Source of the DNA: Candidatus Glassbacteria bacterium
GTDB lineage: Bacteria > Gemmatimonadota > Glassbacteria > GWA2-58-10
Direction of reading: 5' to 3'
Assembly: GCA_963752515.1 (NCBI GenBank)
Contig: CAVVYO010000002.1
Location: 21,362 to 85,361, forward strand
Length of the DNA: 64,000 bases
The notes beneath the pieces were generated by a model. That model was not told where the DNA came from. It saw only the letters and a program-made list of their open reading frames with translations, and did not search any database. The position numbers and the translations under genes are program-made. Positions 1-8,886 of this stretch are shown in pieces (the first letter of the stretch is position 1; each line of letters opens with the position of its first letter).

Positions 1-466
1 CGGACAACTCGAAGATCTTCAAGTTCATCTCCCCACCGCAGGCAACCGGGGCGGCCATCATCAGGGTGGTATCCCCTTGGTCGAGCCGGTCGAAGCTGGG
101 GGCATTCTCGACATACCAGAGCGAGCCGCCGGCGAACATCACGTCGTATTCATTGATCTTGACCGTATCGGGGTTGTCCAAGGTAAAGGTAGTCCTGATT
201 TTGTAGAAGACTTTCCGCTCCGCCACCTTGGGGAGTTCGTCGACAACCTCCAGGCGGAAGGTCCCGTTCCTCTGAAAGTCTCCATCGTATGCTTCAATGC
301 GGTAATAATAAGTGTAATCGGCTCTATAACCTTCAGCCAGCGGGAAGTAAGCCAATTCATGCTCCGGCAGGTTTTCCGGCACGAACGGGTTGGAATCGTC
401 CGAACAACCTAAAAGCGGTAGTAGTCCCAATATCAAAAGAAACCCGGTTTTATTTAACATAGCCAT
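1..466 (-). CDS. lipoprotein, N-terminal part only (gene runs off the window start)
   Basis: My own minus-strand translation from ATG at 466 (GGAGG 4 nt upstream) gives MAMLNKTGFLLILGLLPLLGCSDDSNPF..., a signal peptide plus lipobox LLGC. The frame stays open to position 1. It is absent from the ORF track because no stop lies in the window. Confidence 0.6.
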   Translation of the reverse strand, partial: MAMLNKTGFLLILGLLPLLGCSDDSNPFVPENLPEHELAYFPLAEGYRADYTYYYRIEAYDGDFQRNGTFRLEVVDELPKVAERKVFYKIRTTFTLDNPDTVKINEYDVMFAGGSLWYVENAPSFDRLDQGDTTLMMAAPVACGGEMNLKIFELS

Positions 467-596
467 CGTTCCTCCAAGACCCGCCCGAGGGGCTGAGTTT
501 TCCCTTATTTAGCCTTGCTCTTGCCATCACGCCGCGCCGCCTAAGAAGCAATGTCCCCAATACAAGGATCATCGTTCTTTTTACCGTGGCTTTCAT
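450..596 (-). CDS. possible 48-aa small protein with a signal-peptide-like N-terminus
   Basis: Internal ATG of track ORF 450..644, with GGAGG 6 nt upstream. Sequence MKATVKRTMILVLGTLLLRRRG.... It overlaps the downstream lipoprotein start by 17 nt. No homology recognised. Confidence 0.25.
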   Translation of the reverse strand: MKATVKRTMILVLGTLLLRRRGVMARARLNKGKLSPSGGSWRNDGYVK

Positions 597-1338
597 CTTA
601 TTCCTCCAGAGGAAATTGCAGCGAGAGAGATAGAGAGAATCCAAACTTTTCCTCTCTCACTCCATGCCAACCTCCTTTCAGTCCAGCGGACCAAATGAGG
701 TTGACAATCCCTGGGGGATGCCGCTATTTTTATGCAGCAGTCCCCCAAGGGATTGCCACCGGAGCTTATACCAGAGATGTCTTGGCCGACGTGGATGGTA
801 TGGGCTTCTTTGTAGACAGTACTTGCTGCCGGTTCCGCTGCTATCTTCCGATCATCCCATCAATCGAATCTCTCCAGTCCCCATCCTTTGGTAGAATCGC
901 CGGCCCCCCTGATGGCTGATCCGGCGGCCAGCACGACCCGCCTGAAAAAATGCCGCTACAGACAGCAATACGATTCTGCCGCGATCAAAGTGGGCAGCGA
1001 ATGGGCAGAGCCACCTCGATACGGGATATCTCGAAATATCACCCAATCCGTGGATTTGAAATCGTTGCAGCATAAAACAGTAAAATGTAAGTCAAACGGT
1101 TTTGCGCGTCAACACACACCATAAAGAAATCGCCATTAGTTGTCAAGATGGTTGTTCCGTTATTTCGGTTTATCGTCAACTTTGTGCCGCAATTTTGCGA
1201 CAGCCCGATTTCTTTGGAAGTTTATCGAAACCGCCGGGCCGGTTCGCGGATACATCGTACGTTTCCGGATGGTAGCATACCGGGCCGCGCCGCGGTCTCT
1301 TGCCCGGGGAAGGGAGAGCGGTCTGGAGAGGACGGCGG

Positions 1339-3456
1339 TCAGTAGATCGACAGCGGGATGGTCAGCTTGAGGAACAGCACCCGGTCATCCCGCAGCGAGA
1401 CCGGCAGCGGGCGGTCATCGAGGATGTCGTAACGCTCGGCGGTGTAGGCCAGGTAGAGCGCCCCGAACGGCGGGATGAAGCGCCAGCCCAGCAGCCCGTA
1501 CAGGTAGCAGCGGTCATTGGCGGTGTTGTAGAGCGAGACCAGCCGCAGCCACAGGTCCGGGGTGAGGTAATAGTCGCCGGAGAGCTCGAACAGCCGGGTA
1601 GCCTGACGGTTCGGGTCCGGGTCCAGCCAGAGGCGGGTGACCGCGGCGCTGAGCCCCAGCTCCTGCCACGGCTTGATGTTGCCCCGCACCCGCAGGCGGG
1701 TCATGTCGCGGTCGAAGCTGCGGCCATCGACCAGCAGCATGTTGACCGTGTTCCACTGCTGCAGGTTCCAGCCGGCCTCGAACGACCGGGTGTGGTTGCG
1801 GTAGCGCTTCTCGAACAGCTCGGTGTCGAAGTTGTTGGCAAAGCCCACCAGCCACTTGTCCAGGAAAGTCACTCCGGCCCAGCCTCCCAGGTGCACCGCC
1901 CGCAGGGTGCCGGTGTGGCTCCAGACCAGGCCGTTGCTCTGGTTGAAGTTGAGCTTGTCGATTCCGAAGCGGCGCACCCAGTGTTCGCCGTCGAGGGTGC
2001 TCTCCAGGTCGTGACGGTCATCGTCCGGGATGAAGCCGACCCGGTTGGCCCGCTCGCGGAACCCCGGCTCGATCATCGAGTACTGCAGGGAGGAGTTGAA
2101 CAGCCCGGTCTCGCGGGCCGCGCGCAAGAACAGGGCGCTGTTGAACTCCCCGCCCTCGGTCGGCAGGCTCCCGACATACTGGCCGCTGAGCTTGACCCGG
2201 GGATTCACCACCAGGGCGCCATCGGTGCTGAACAGCCGGGCCCCCGCCTCCTCCAGGCTGCGCTCGACCACGGTGAATCCGAGGCTGGAGGAGCCGAGCA
2301 CATCCCGTTGCAGGCGCAGCGCGGCGGTGCGGGCCCCGGGCGTCTCGCCGAGCGAGCGCTCATCCCCGCCCAGCGCGGCCCAGTTGAACGATCCGGCGCG
2401 GCCATTGCCCTTCATGCCCCAGTCCAGCTCCCCGATCCGGCGGGAGTAGAACAGGTTGATCGGGTTGCGGAATAGCTCCGCCCCCTCCAGGAAGAACAGT
2501 CGCTTTTCCGGGTAGAAGGTCTCGTAGCGGGTGAGGTTGATCACCTCCAGGTCGGCCTCGACCGTGGCGAAATCGGGGTTGAAGGTGAAATTGGCATCGG
2601 CGGTCCCTCCCAGCCGCAGCCGCAGGTCCGCCCCGCCGATCAGCTCCCGGCCCTCCGCGCGCATTATCGTCCGGCGTCCGGTGCCGGCGGGCGGATCGGC
2701 GGCCAGCCCCACCAGGTAGGGGAACAACTGGGCCGAGAAACTGCGGGAGAGGCCCTCCAGCCCGGTCAGATCGCCCGACTGCGACACCCGCCAGGCGACA
2801 TCCCTTCGCCGCCAGAAGCTGGTCTCGAACCCTTCCGGGTAGTTGCGGCGGAAGTTCACCCCCCAGACCGGCGTTTCCCCGGGCGGCAGACGCAACTCGC
2901 CCACCGGGATCGCCAGCTCGGCGCTCCAGCCCAGGGAGTCCTCGCGGGTGGCGACCCGCCAGGCGCAGTCCCAGCTCTTGTCGTTGGTGCCGCCATCCTC
3001 GCCGATCCGGCCCTCGACCTGGGTGCCCAGCGAGTTGGTGGAGAAGTAGTAGCAGTCGCGGCGGGTGTGGAAGGTGTCCAGGTAGAAGGTGACCGCGTTG
3101 TCATGGTCCATGTCGGCATCGCGGCGGGAGATCCGGCTGTTGGCCGCGGCGCCGTCGGGGTTGAGGCAGCGGAACGCGGCGTAGAGGTGGCCCCGGTCGA
3201 ACAGCACCGCCACCCGGGTCATCGCCCGGGCCGGCAGGCCGGGGTCGGGCTTGAGCTGGAAAAAGCCCTCCTGCCAGTCGGCCCGGGCCCAGCAGGAGTC
3301 GTCCGGCACGCCATCCAGCACCGGGGCGGAAACTGCCTCGGAGGCACGGATCGCCCGGAAGTCCGGAGTGTCCTGGGCCGGCAGGGGGACAGCGCAGCAG
3401 CCCAGCACGGCGATTATCGGCAGCAGGCGGCCGGAAAACGGCATCGGGCGGCTCAT
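1339..3456 (-). CDS. secreted carbohydrate-binding family 9-like / DUF5916-type protein
   Basis: 705-aa ORF with an N-terminal signal peptide (LLPIIAVLGCCAVPLPAQD). The PVLDGVPDDSCWARADW region is typical of CBM9/DOMON-like DUF5916 proteins. Long beta-rich C-terminal part. Confidence 0.75.
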   Translation of the reverse strand: MSRPMPFSGRLLPIIAVLGCCAVPLPAQDTPDFRAIRASEAVSAPVLDGVPDDSCWARADWQEGFFQLKPDPGLPARAMTRVAVLFDRGHLYAAFRCLNPDGAAANSRISRRDADMDHDNAVTFYLDTFHTRRDCYYFSTNSLGTQVEGRIGEDGGTNDKSWDCAWRVATREDSLGWSAELAIPVGELRLPPGETPVWGVNFRRNYPEGFETSFWRRRDVAWRVSQSGDLTGLEGLSRSFSAQLFPYLVGLAADPPAGTGRRTIMRAEGRELIGGADLRLRLGGTADANFTFNPDFATVEADLEVINLTRYETFYPEKRLFFLEGAELFRNPINLFYSRRIGELDWGMKGNGRAGSFNWAALGGDERSLGETPGARTAALRLQRDVLGSSSLGFTVVERSLEEAGARLFSTDGALVVNPRVKLSGQYVGSLPTEGGEFNSALFLRAARETGLFNSSLQYSMIEPGFRERANRVGFIPDDDRHDLESTLDGEHWVRRFGIDKLNFNQSNGLVWSHTGTLRAVHLGGWAGVTFLDKWLVGFANNFDTELFEKRYRNHTRSFEAGWNLQQWNTVNMLLVDGRSFDRDMTRLRVRGNIKPWQELGLSAAVTRLWLDPDPNRQATRLFELSGDYYLTPDLWLRLVSLYNTANDRCYLYGLLGWRFIPPFGALYLAYTAERYDILDDRPLPVSLRDDRVLFLKLTIPLSIY

Positions 3457-3607
3457 CCCTGTGGCGGACCTCGAGTTGGTTTTATTCCTTCCAATTGGCG
3501 GGCAAAAATCCCGGCCTCCCGAGCCGAGTCACAGGGCCGCCAATATAGTCGTGACCTGGTGGACAGTAAAGCTTTTCCCGTGGTTGCAGATTTTTTCCAT
3601 TTCCCGC

Positions 3608-3636
3608 TTGACAGCCGCGCCGGTCGATGTTACTTT
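3608..3636 (+). promoter_or_regulatory. sigma70-like promoter candidate for the Rrf2 gene
   Basis: TTGACA (3608-3613), 17-nt spacer, TACTTT (3631-3636), about 30 nt upstream of ATG 3666. Lies in the divergent intergenic region. Confidence 0.4.
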
Positions 3637-3665
3637 CGATAAAAAGACAAAAGGATCGGAATATC

Positions 3666-4088
3666 ATGATAACCCAGACCGGACAATATGCCCTGCGGGC
3701 GATGATCTTCCTGGCCGACCACCAGCGGGAGGACCGCTACTGGCTGGCCCGCGAGATCGGCGAGCGGACCCGGGTGCCCGCGCAATACCTGGCCAAGGTG
3801 CTGCTGACCCTGGCCCATGCCGGGCTGGTGCAGTCCCAGCGCGGGCGCCAGGGGGGCTTCCGGCTGGCGCGGCCCGCGGCGGAAATCAATCTCTACCAGG
3901 TGCTGGAACCGGTCGAGCACCTGCCGAAGATCTACCACTGCCTGCTCGGTTCCACCACCTGCGCTCAGCGCGAGGAGCCCTGCCCGTTGCACTCGCGCTG
4001 GGAGGAGGTCCAGCGGAAGTACCTGGAGTTTCTGAGCTCGACCCGGCTGGAGATGCTGGTCGGGGCCGGGCCGCCGGTCCAGCCCTGA
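3666..4088 (+). CDS. Rrf2-family transcriptional regulator (NsrR/IscR-like)
   Basis: MITQTGQYALRAMIFLADH... is the canonical Rrf2 wHTH N-terminus. C-terminal Cys residues (CLLGSTTCAQREEPCPLH) fit an Fe-S cluster ligand set. Internal ATG chosen (AAGGA upstream) rather than track start 3627. Confidence 0.9.
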   Translation: MITQTGQYALRAMIFLADHQREDRYWLAREIGERTRVPAQYLAKVLLTLAHAGLVQSQRGRQGGFRLARPAAEINLYQVLEPVEHLPKIYHCLLGSTTCAQREEPCPLHSRWEEVQRKYLEFLSSTRLEMLVGAGPPVQP

Positions 4089-4104
4089 TCCCGGCTTGAA
4101 ACCC

Positions 4105-4144
4105 GGACCCCTCTTCCACTTTCCAAAACTTTTTCGATAGTTGT
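4105..4144 (+). repeat. intergenic repeat family, K module only (truncated copy) in the rrf2-hcp spacer
   Basis: GGACCCCTCTTCCACTTTCCAAAACTTTTTCGATAGTTG is nearly identical to the K module at 35730-35772. It is followed by a ...GGCAGTCAGGAAGG segment that resembles the post-K module of other copies. Confidence 0.7.
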
Positions 4145-4328
4145 CGCTGAATATCGGACCGCAAGTCGGGATCGGACAGGCTCCGCAGGGTCTGCCGCGA
4201 GGGGCGGCAGGTGGCAGTCAGGAAGGCCGTTTTCGTTCACCGCGCTCCCGCCCTTTCCCGGGCGGGAGTCATTCACCGCCCAGACGGCGCCCGGGACCCG
4301 GGGCCGTCGCGCGAAAGGAGTCGTGAGC

Positions 4329-5981
4329 ATGAGCATGTTCTGCTTCCAGTGCGAACAGACCGCCAAGGGCACGGGCTGCACCGTGACCGGGGCCTGCGGC
4401 AAGGACCCGCAGACCGCCAGCCTGCAGGACCTGCTGGTGCATGTCGCCGAGGGGATCGCCGTGTACGCCCACCGGGCGCGCCGGCTCGGGGTGCGGGACC
4501 GTGGACTGGACCTGTTCGTGGTCGAGGCGCTGTTCACGACAGTCACCAATGTCAATTTCGATCCCCAGTCGGTCGAGCAGTGGGTGCGCCGGGGCGCGGA
4601 GCTGATCGGGCGGGCGCGGGCGCTGTATGAGCAGGCCGCGCTCCAGGCCGGCCAGAAGCCGGAGCGGCTGGTGGGCGGCCCGTCCAACTGGGCTCCCGCC
4701 GGGGATTCCGCCGGGCTGCTGCGCCAGGCCGAGGCGATCGGCATCGCCCGGCGGCTCCAGGCCCACGGCCAGGATGTCGCCGGCCTGCAGGAGCTGATCA
4801 TGTACGGCTTGAAAGGGATGGCCGCCTATGCCGACCATGCCCAGGTGCTGGCAGTGGAGAAGGAGGAGGTCTACGGCTTCTTCCACGAGGCGCTGGACTT
4901 CCTGGCCGGCGAGCCCTCCGAGCTGCAGCCATTGGTGGAGATGGCGCTGCGGGTGGGCCAGGTCAACCTCGAGGTGATGGGGATGCTGGATGCGGCCAAC
5001 ACCGGCGCCTACGGGCACCCGACGCCGACCAAAGTCCGGGTGACCCCGCTGCGGGGCAAGGCGATCCTGGTCTCCGGCCATGACCTGCGCGACCTGGCGG
5101 ACCTGCTGGAGCAGACCGCCGGCAAGGGGATCAAGGTCTACACCCACGGCGAGATGCTGCCCTGTCACGGCTACCCGGAGCTGAAGAAGCACCCGCATCT
5201 GGCGGGCAACTACGGCGGGGCCTGGCAGGACCAGCGCAAGGAGTTCGAGGCTTTCCCCGGCGCGATCCTGATGACCACCAATTGCATCCAGCAGCCCCGG
5301 GAGAGCTACCAGGGCCGGATTTTCACCAGCGGGCTGGTGCAGTGGCCGGGGGTCAGGCACATCGCGGGCCGCGATTTCACCCCGGTGATCGAGGCCGCGC
5401 TGGCCGCGCCCGGATTCGCCGAGGATGGCGAGCCGCAGGAGATCCTGGTCGGCTTCGGGCACAACGCTGTCCTGGGGGCGGCCGACCAGGTGATCGACCT
5501 GGTCAAGCGCGGGAAGATCCGCCGCTTCTTCCTGGTGGGCGGCTGCGATGGGGCCAAATCCGGGCGCAACTACTACACCGACCTGGCGCAGCAGATCCCG
5601 GACGACTGCGTGATCCTGACCCTGGCCTGCGGCAAGTTCCGCTTCAACAAGCTCGAGTTCGGCGCGATCGAGGGGCTGCCGCGCCTGCTGGACCTGGGCC
5701 AGTGCAATGATGCCTTCTCGGCGGTGAAAGTGGCCCAGGCCCTGGCCGGAGCGTTCGGAGTGGGGGTCAACGAGCTGCCGTTGTCGCTGGTGCTCTCCTG
5801 GTACGAGCAGAAAGCGGTCTGCATCCTGCTGACCCTGCTGCACCTGGGGATCAGGGACATCCGGCTCGGGCCGAGCCTGCCGGCGTTTGTCGGCCCGAAC
5901 GTGTTCCAGGTGCTGATCGAGAACTTCAACCTGATGCCGATCAGCACGCCGCAGGCCGACCTGCAGGCGATCCTGGGCTGA
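4329..5981 (+). CDS. hcp: hydroxylamine reductase / hybrid-cluster protein
   Basis: MSMFCFQCEQTAKGTGCT is the diagnostic N-terminal Cys motif. About 550 aa, as expected for Hcp. AAAGGAG lies 8 nt upstream of ATG 4329; track start is GTG 4323. Confidence 0.95.
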   Translation: MSMFCFQCEQTAKGTGCTVTGACGKDPQTASLQDLLVHVAEGIAVYAHRARRLGVRDRGLDLFVVEALFTTVTNVNFDPQSVEQWVRRGAELIGRARALYEQAALQAGQKPERLVGGPSNWAPAGDSAGLLRQAEAIGIARRLQAHGQDVAGLQELIMYGLKGMAAYADHAQVLAVEKEEVYGFFHEALDFLAGEPSELQPLVEMALRVGQVNLEVMGMLDAANTGAYGHPTPTKVRVTPLRGKAILVSGHDLRDLADLLEQTAGKGIKVYTHGEMLPCHGYPELKKHPHLAGNYGGAWQDQRKEFEAFPGAILMTTNCIQQPRESYQGRIFTSGLVQWPGVRHIAGRDFTPVIEAALAAPGFAEDGEPQEILVGFGHNAVLGAADQVIDLVKRGKIRRFFLVGGCDGAKSGRNYYTDLAQQIPDDCVILTLACGKFRFNKLEFGAIEGLPRLLDLGQCNDAFSAVKVAQALAGAFGVGVNELPLSLVLSWYEQKAVCILLTLLHLGIRDIRLGPSLPAFVGPNVFQVLIENFNLMPISTPQADLQAILG

Positions 5982-6011
5982 GGATAAGGCAATTCTGGAA
6001 AAGCACACGAA

Positions 6012-6043
6012 GGGCGCGGAACCATGACGGTTCCGCGCCCTTT
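6012..6043 (+). terminator. GC-rich hairpin downstream of hcp (terminator-like)
   Basis: GGGCGCGGAACC-atgac-GGTTCCGCGCCC followed by a short TTT. Outer pairing AAGCAC..GTGCTT extends the stem. Confidence 0.5.
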
Positions 6044-6058
6044 CCGTGCTTATCTGTT

Positions 6059-6512
6059 CCGGGGGGAGGGAGGAAAACCTTTTCCAAAAGGTTTCCTCCC
6101 TCTCCCCGGGCCCCTCTCCTACCTTCCCAAACTTTTTCGCTAGTTTGCTGCTGGAGGTTGGACCTCCAGTCAGGATGGGCCTGCCAACATCGTAGGGGCC
6201 GGCCCCCGGGCCGGTCCGCCTTTGCCTGCGGGCGCGGCCTGCCGCGCCCCTACCGGCCAACCCGATCATCATCGGTCAAGCTCAAGCCGACCAGCCCGGG
6301 AAGCAGCGGTTGTGTTTTTGGAGGGGGGTGGCGGGGCGGTCTTTGGGCCGCGGCTGGAGGCAGGAGGGAGCGGTTTTTTATGAAGTACCCGCGGCGGCTG
6401 TTAAAGACCTCAGTGCAACTCCAGCTTCGCGGCCCTGCTGTAAAAGACTCTTGCTACTGGTCACAGCAGGAGAAAAATCCGCAGGATTTACGGGATTAGC
6501 AGCGGGCTGGAG
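6059..6512 (+). repeat. intergenic repeat family, long copy (type 2: H + K + nested palindromes + 3' module)
   Basis: H hairpin CCGGGGGGAGGGAGGAAAACCTTTTCCAAAAGGTTTCCTCCCTCTCCCCGG, then K (CCCAAACTTTTTCGCTAGTTTG). Shares GTAGGGGC...GCCCCTACCGGCCAACCCGA, CGGTCAAGCTCAAGCCGACCAGCCCGGGAAGCAGCGGT and GGGCCGCGGCTGGAGGCA with the copy at 35679-36390. Confidence 0.85.
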
Positions 6513-6651
6513 CTTCCCCCGGAACAGACGGATGAACCCTTCTTCCTGCTCCGAGGGTCAGCATGGCTCTTGACCTTTCCCCGCTGATTCGGTAGCATAA
6601 TAGCATCTAAAGTGGCAGTCACCAGTCCCTTCCCTGTCGGAGATGCCACCG

Positions 6652-7059
6652 ATGGAGCTTCTGAGCTGGAACCCCTTCTACAGCGTGGGGGTCGAGCGCC
6701 TGGATGAGCAGCACCGGCGGCTGATCGAGCTGCTGAACGGCTACGCCAACGCTGTCCTGGAGCGTCACGGGGCCGAGGCGCTGGGACCGTTGCTGGAGGA
6801 GCTGGTGGTTTACGTGGCGGTGCACTTCCGGGATGAGGAGGGGCTGCTGCGCGAGCATCGCTATCCCGAGCTGGAGGACCACCTGCGGGAGCACCAGGCG
6901 CTGCTGGACCGCCTCGAGGAGCTGCGCGGCCGGCACGCCGCGGGCCAGCCGCTGGACAACCGCCCGGTGATCGAGTTCCTGTTCGACTGGCTGCAGCACC
7001 ACATCCTCGGCACCGACCGCCGCTACGGCCCGTTCTTCAACGACCTGGGCATCTTCTGA
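6652..7059 (+). CDS. bacteriohemerythrin-like protein
   Basis: MELLSWNPFYSVGVERLDEQHRRLIELLN..., HFRDEE...H..EH and WL.HHI..TD..Y match the hemerythrin His/Asp/Glu metal-ligand pattern. Confidence 0.85.
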   Translation: MELLSWNPFYSVGVERLDEQHRRLIELLNGYANAVLERHGAEALGPLLEELVVYVAVHFRDEEGLLREHRYPELEDHLREHQALLDRLEELRGRHAAGQPLDNRPVIEFLFDWLQHHILGTDRRYGPFFNDLGIF

Positions 7060-7311
7060 GCTCGCCCGGAAGCCGGCTTTGCCGCCCGCCTCACCCTCGA
7101 TGAGCCCTCCCGATCCGGTCCGGCCTCCCCTGCCCGGCTGGTCAAGGCTGTTGACTTTTGGGCCCATCGGCAGTAAAGTTACCATCCCCCCAGCATGTCA
7201 TTCCAGCTATCTTCTTCCCCGGCTGTAGCTTCGCAGGGCAGTGCGGCTGCGGGGGGAGATGGTTTGCGCCCGATCAGGCCTCACTCGCCCGGCACGACAA
7301 AAGGTGGCAAG

Positions 7312-7998
7312 ATGAAACGAATCAGGCAGTTGATCCTGCCGGCGCTGATGGCGCCGTTGCTCCTCGCTTTGCTCCCGGCCGCCTGCGGCAATGACAGCGG
7401 CCCGACCGGAGTCGAGGGCAACCTGGTCACGGTCGGGACCCTGACGCTGGGGCTGGACGGCTCCAACATCCCGATCGACTCGACCAACAGTGAGCGGGCT
7501 TTCGATCTGCTGATCGCCCCGGTCTACGAGACCTTCAACAAGGGCCACGCCGACCTGGCGGTGGGCACGCTGCTGGCCGCTGTCACCGATTTAGAAGGCC
7601 GGGTCAGCGGGCACGTCGAGGTCTCCGGCACGGTCAGCTCCAACCAGAGCCCCACCACTTTCGATTTCACCGCCACTTTCCATGATTTCTCCAACGATGC
7701 CAAGCTGTACCTCGGCGGCCGGTTGCGCTACGCGGGCAGCATCGCCTTCAACGCGCAGACCGGGCAATTCGGCACGATCCTCAACATCAGCGGCGATGGG
7801 CTCGGCTTCACCGGCACCTACCGTGGCAACATCCGCTTCAACAACCTGCGGATTTACGCCGACCGGGATGGGATCGACCAGTACAACGGCGCGGTGGTGT
7901 TCATCCCCGCCGGGCAGAGCCCTCAATTCACGCTCACGCTGACTCCCCCGCCGGGACCGGGGGGGCCGGGAGGTCCGCCGGATGGCACCGATGAATAG
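7312..7998 (+). CDS. lipoprotein of unknown function (paralog 1)
   Basis: Internal ATG with AAGGTGG upstream. MKRIRQLILPALMAPLLLALLPAACGNDSG gives a signal peptide plus lipobox. The C-terminal half aligns with the next gene. Confidence 0.7.
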   Translation: MKRIRQLILPALMAPLLLALLPAACGNDSGPTGVEGNLVTVGTLTLGLDGSNIPIDSTNSERAFDLLIAPVYETFNKGHADLAVGTLLAAVTDLEGRVSGHVEVSGTVSSNQSPTTFDFTATFHDFSNDAKLYLGGRLRYAGSIAFNAQTGQFGTILNISGDGLGFTGTYRGNIRFNNLRIYADRDGIDQYNGAVVFIPAGQSPQFTLTLTPPPGPGGPGGPPDGTDE

Positions 7999-8638
7999 TC
8001 GAGCGCACCGAGGCGATGGCCGCCGGAGGGCCCTGCCCGCTTTGCTGCTGGCGGCGCTGCTGGTGATTGCCTGCGGCGGTTCCGGGGAAACCCTCACCGA
8101 GCCGGATCTGCCTGCCGACTGGCTGGCCGAGGGCGTCCTCACCCTCGGCCAGGGCGCGGAGTTCCCCAATGTCGCGGTCAACCAGGCCAATGCGGCCGGC
8201 GCCCAGCAACTGGTGGTGGGCGAGCTCTACAGCGCCTTTGTCAAGGGCATGACCCTGCTGGACGAGATCGAGGGCGCGGCGGTGGTCCCGGGCGGGCGGG
8301 AGGGCCGGCTCCGGCTGGATGGCCGGGTGACAGTGAGCGAGAACCAGGCCGCCGGCGATTTCACCGGCCGGCTGTTCGACTACAGCGAGGGCGGCAACCT
8401 GATCCTCGGCGGGGGACTGCGCTACCGGGGGACAGTGGTCTCCGATCCATTGACCGGCCAGTTGCAGACAGTCCTCGAGCTCGAGGGCGCGGTGCGATTC
8501 GCCGGCCAGTTCGGCGGCACGATGCGGTTCGGCCAGGTCCGCCTGACCCGCGACCCCTCGGGCGCGTTCGCCTCCGATGACTCGGTCTCGGTCACCTCCG
8601 GGGGAGTCACTTTCACCAGCCGTTTCCAGTTGCGATGA
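7982..8638 (+). CDS. lipoprotein of unknown function (paralog 2)
   Basis: Lipobox LVIACGGSG. LILGGGLRYRGTVVSDPLTGQLQTVLELEGAVRFAGQFGGTMRFGQVRL aligns with LYLGGRLRYAGSIAFNAQTGQFGTILNISGDGLGFTGTYRGNIRFNNLRI of the upstream gene. Overlaps that gene by 17 nt. Confidence 0.7.
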   Translation: MAPMNSRAHRGDGRRRALPALLLAALLVIACGGSGETLTEPDLPADWLAEGVLTLGQGAEFPNVAVNQANAAGAQQLVVGELYSAFVKGMTLLDEIEGAAVVPGGREGRLRLDGRVTVSENQAAGDFTGRLFDYSEGGNLILGGGLRYRGTVVSDPLTGQLQTVLELEGAVRFAGQFGGTMRFGQVRLTRDPSGAFASDDSVSVTSGGVTFTSRFQLR

Positions 8639-8665
8639 GGCGGGGACCCCCCGCCTTTTGATTTT
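8639..8665 (+). terminator. rho-independent terminator after the lipoprotein pair
   Basis: GGCGGGG-acc-CCCCGCC immediately after the stop codon, followed by TTTTGATTTT. Confidence 0.8.
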
Positions 8666-8780
8666 CCTGCTTCCTTCGATCCAACCGCATGTCCCTCCCC
8701 AACTTGAAAATCACCGCGCCGGGGGCTACGTTTAAACAGGAGCCCCCGCGCGGGCGCGCGCTGTGGCGGGGATGGCCGCG

Positions 8781-8830
8781 CCGGGCGCGGGAGGAAAACC
8801 TTCTTCAAAAGGTGTTCCTCCCGCGCCCGG
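8781..8830. repeat. intergenic repeat family, isolated degenerate H hairpin
   Basis: CCGGGCGCGGGAGGAAAACCTTCTTCAAAAGGTGTTCCTCCCGCGCCCGG has the same architecture and AAAACCTT..AAGGT core as the H modules. A second GC hairpin lies at 8716-8751. Confidence 0.6.
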
Positions 8831-8886
8831 ATCAATGGCGGTTGTGTCAAACCGGGATGTGCTCACGACGGAGGGGAGGCGCGCCG

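Noticed and set aside
4269-6272. Very long antisense or alternative-frame ORFs. Examples: 4269..6272 (-), 22750..24483 (-), 24765..26321 (-), 36223..38382 (-), the first ~1850 nt of 36636..39434 (+), 44154..46508 N-terminal part, 46586..48283 (-), 47907..49604 (-).
   Set aside because: They overlap genes with clear family signatures on the other strand or frame. Their products are Arg/Gly/Pro/Ala-rich low-complexity sequence, typical of stop-poor frames in high-GC DNA.
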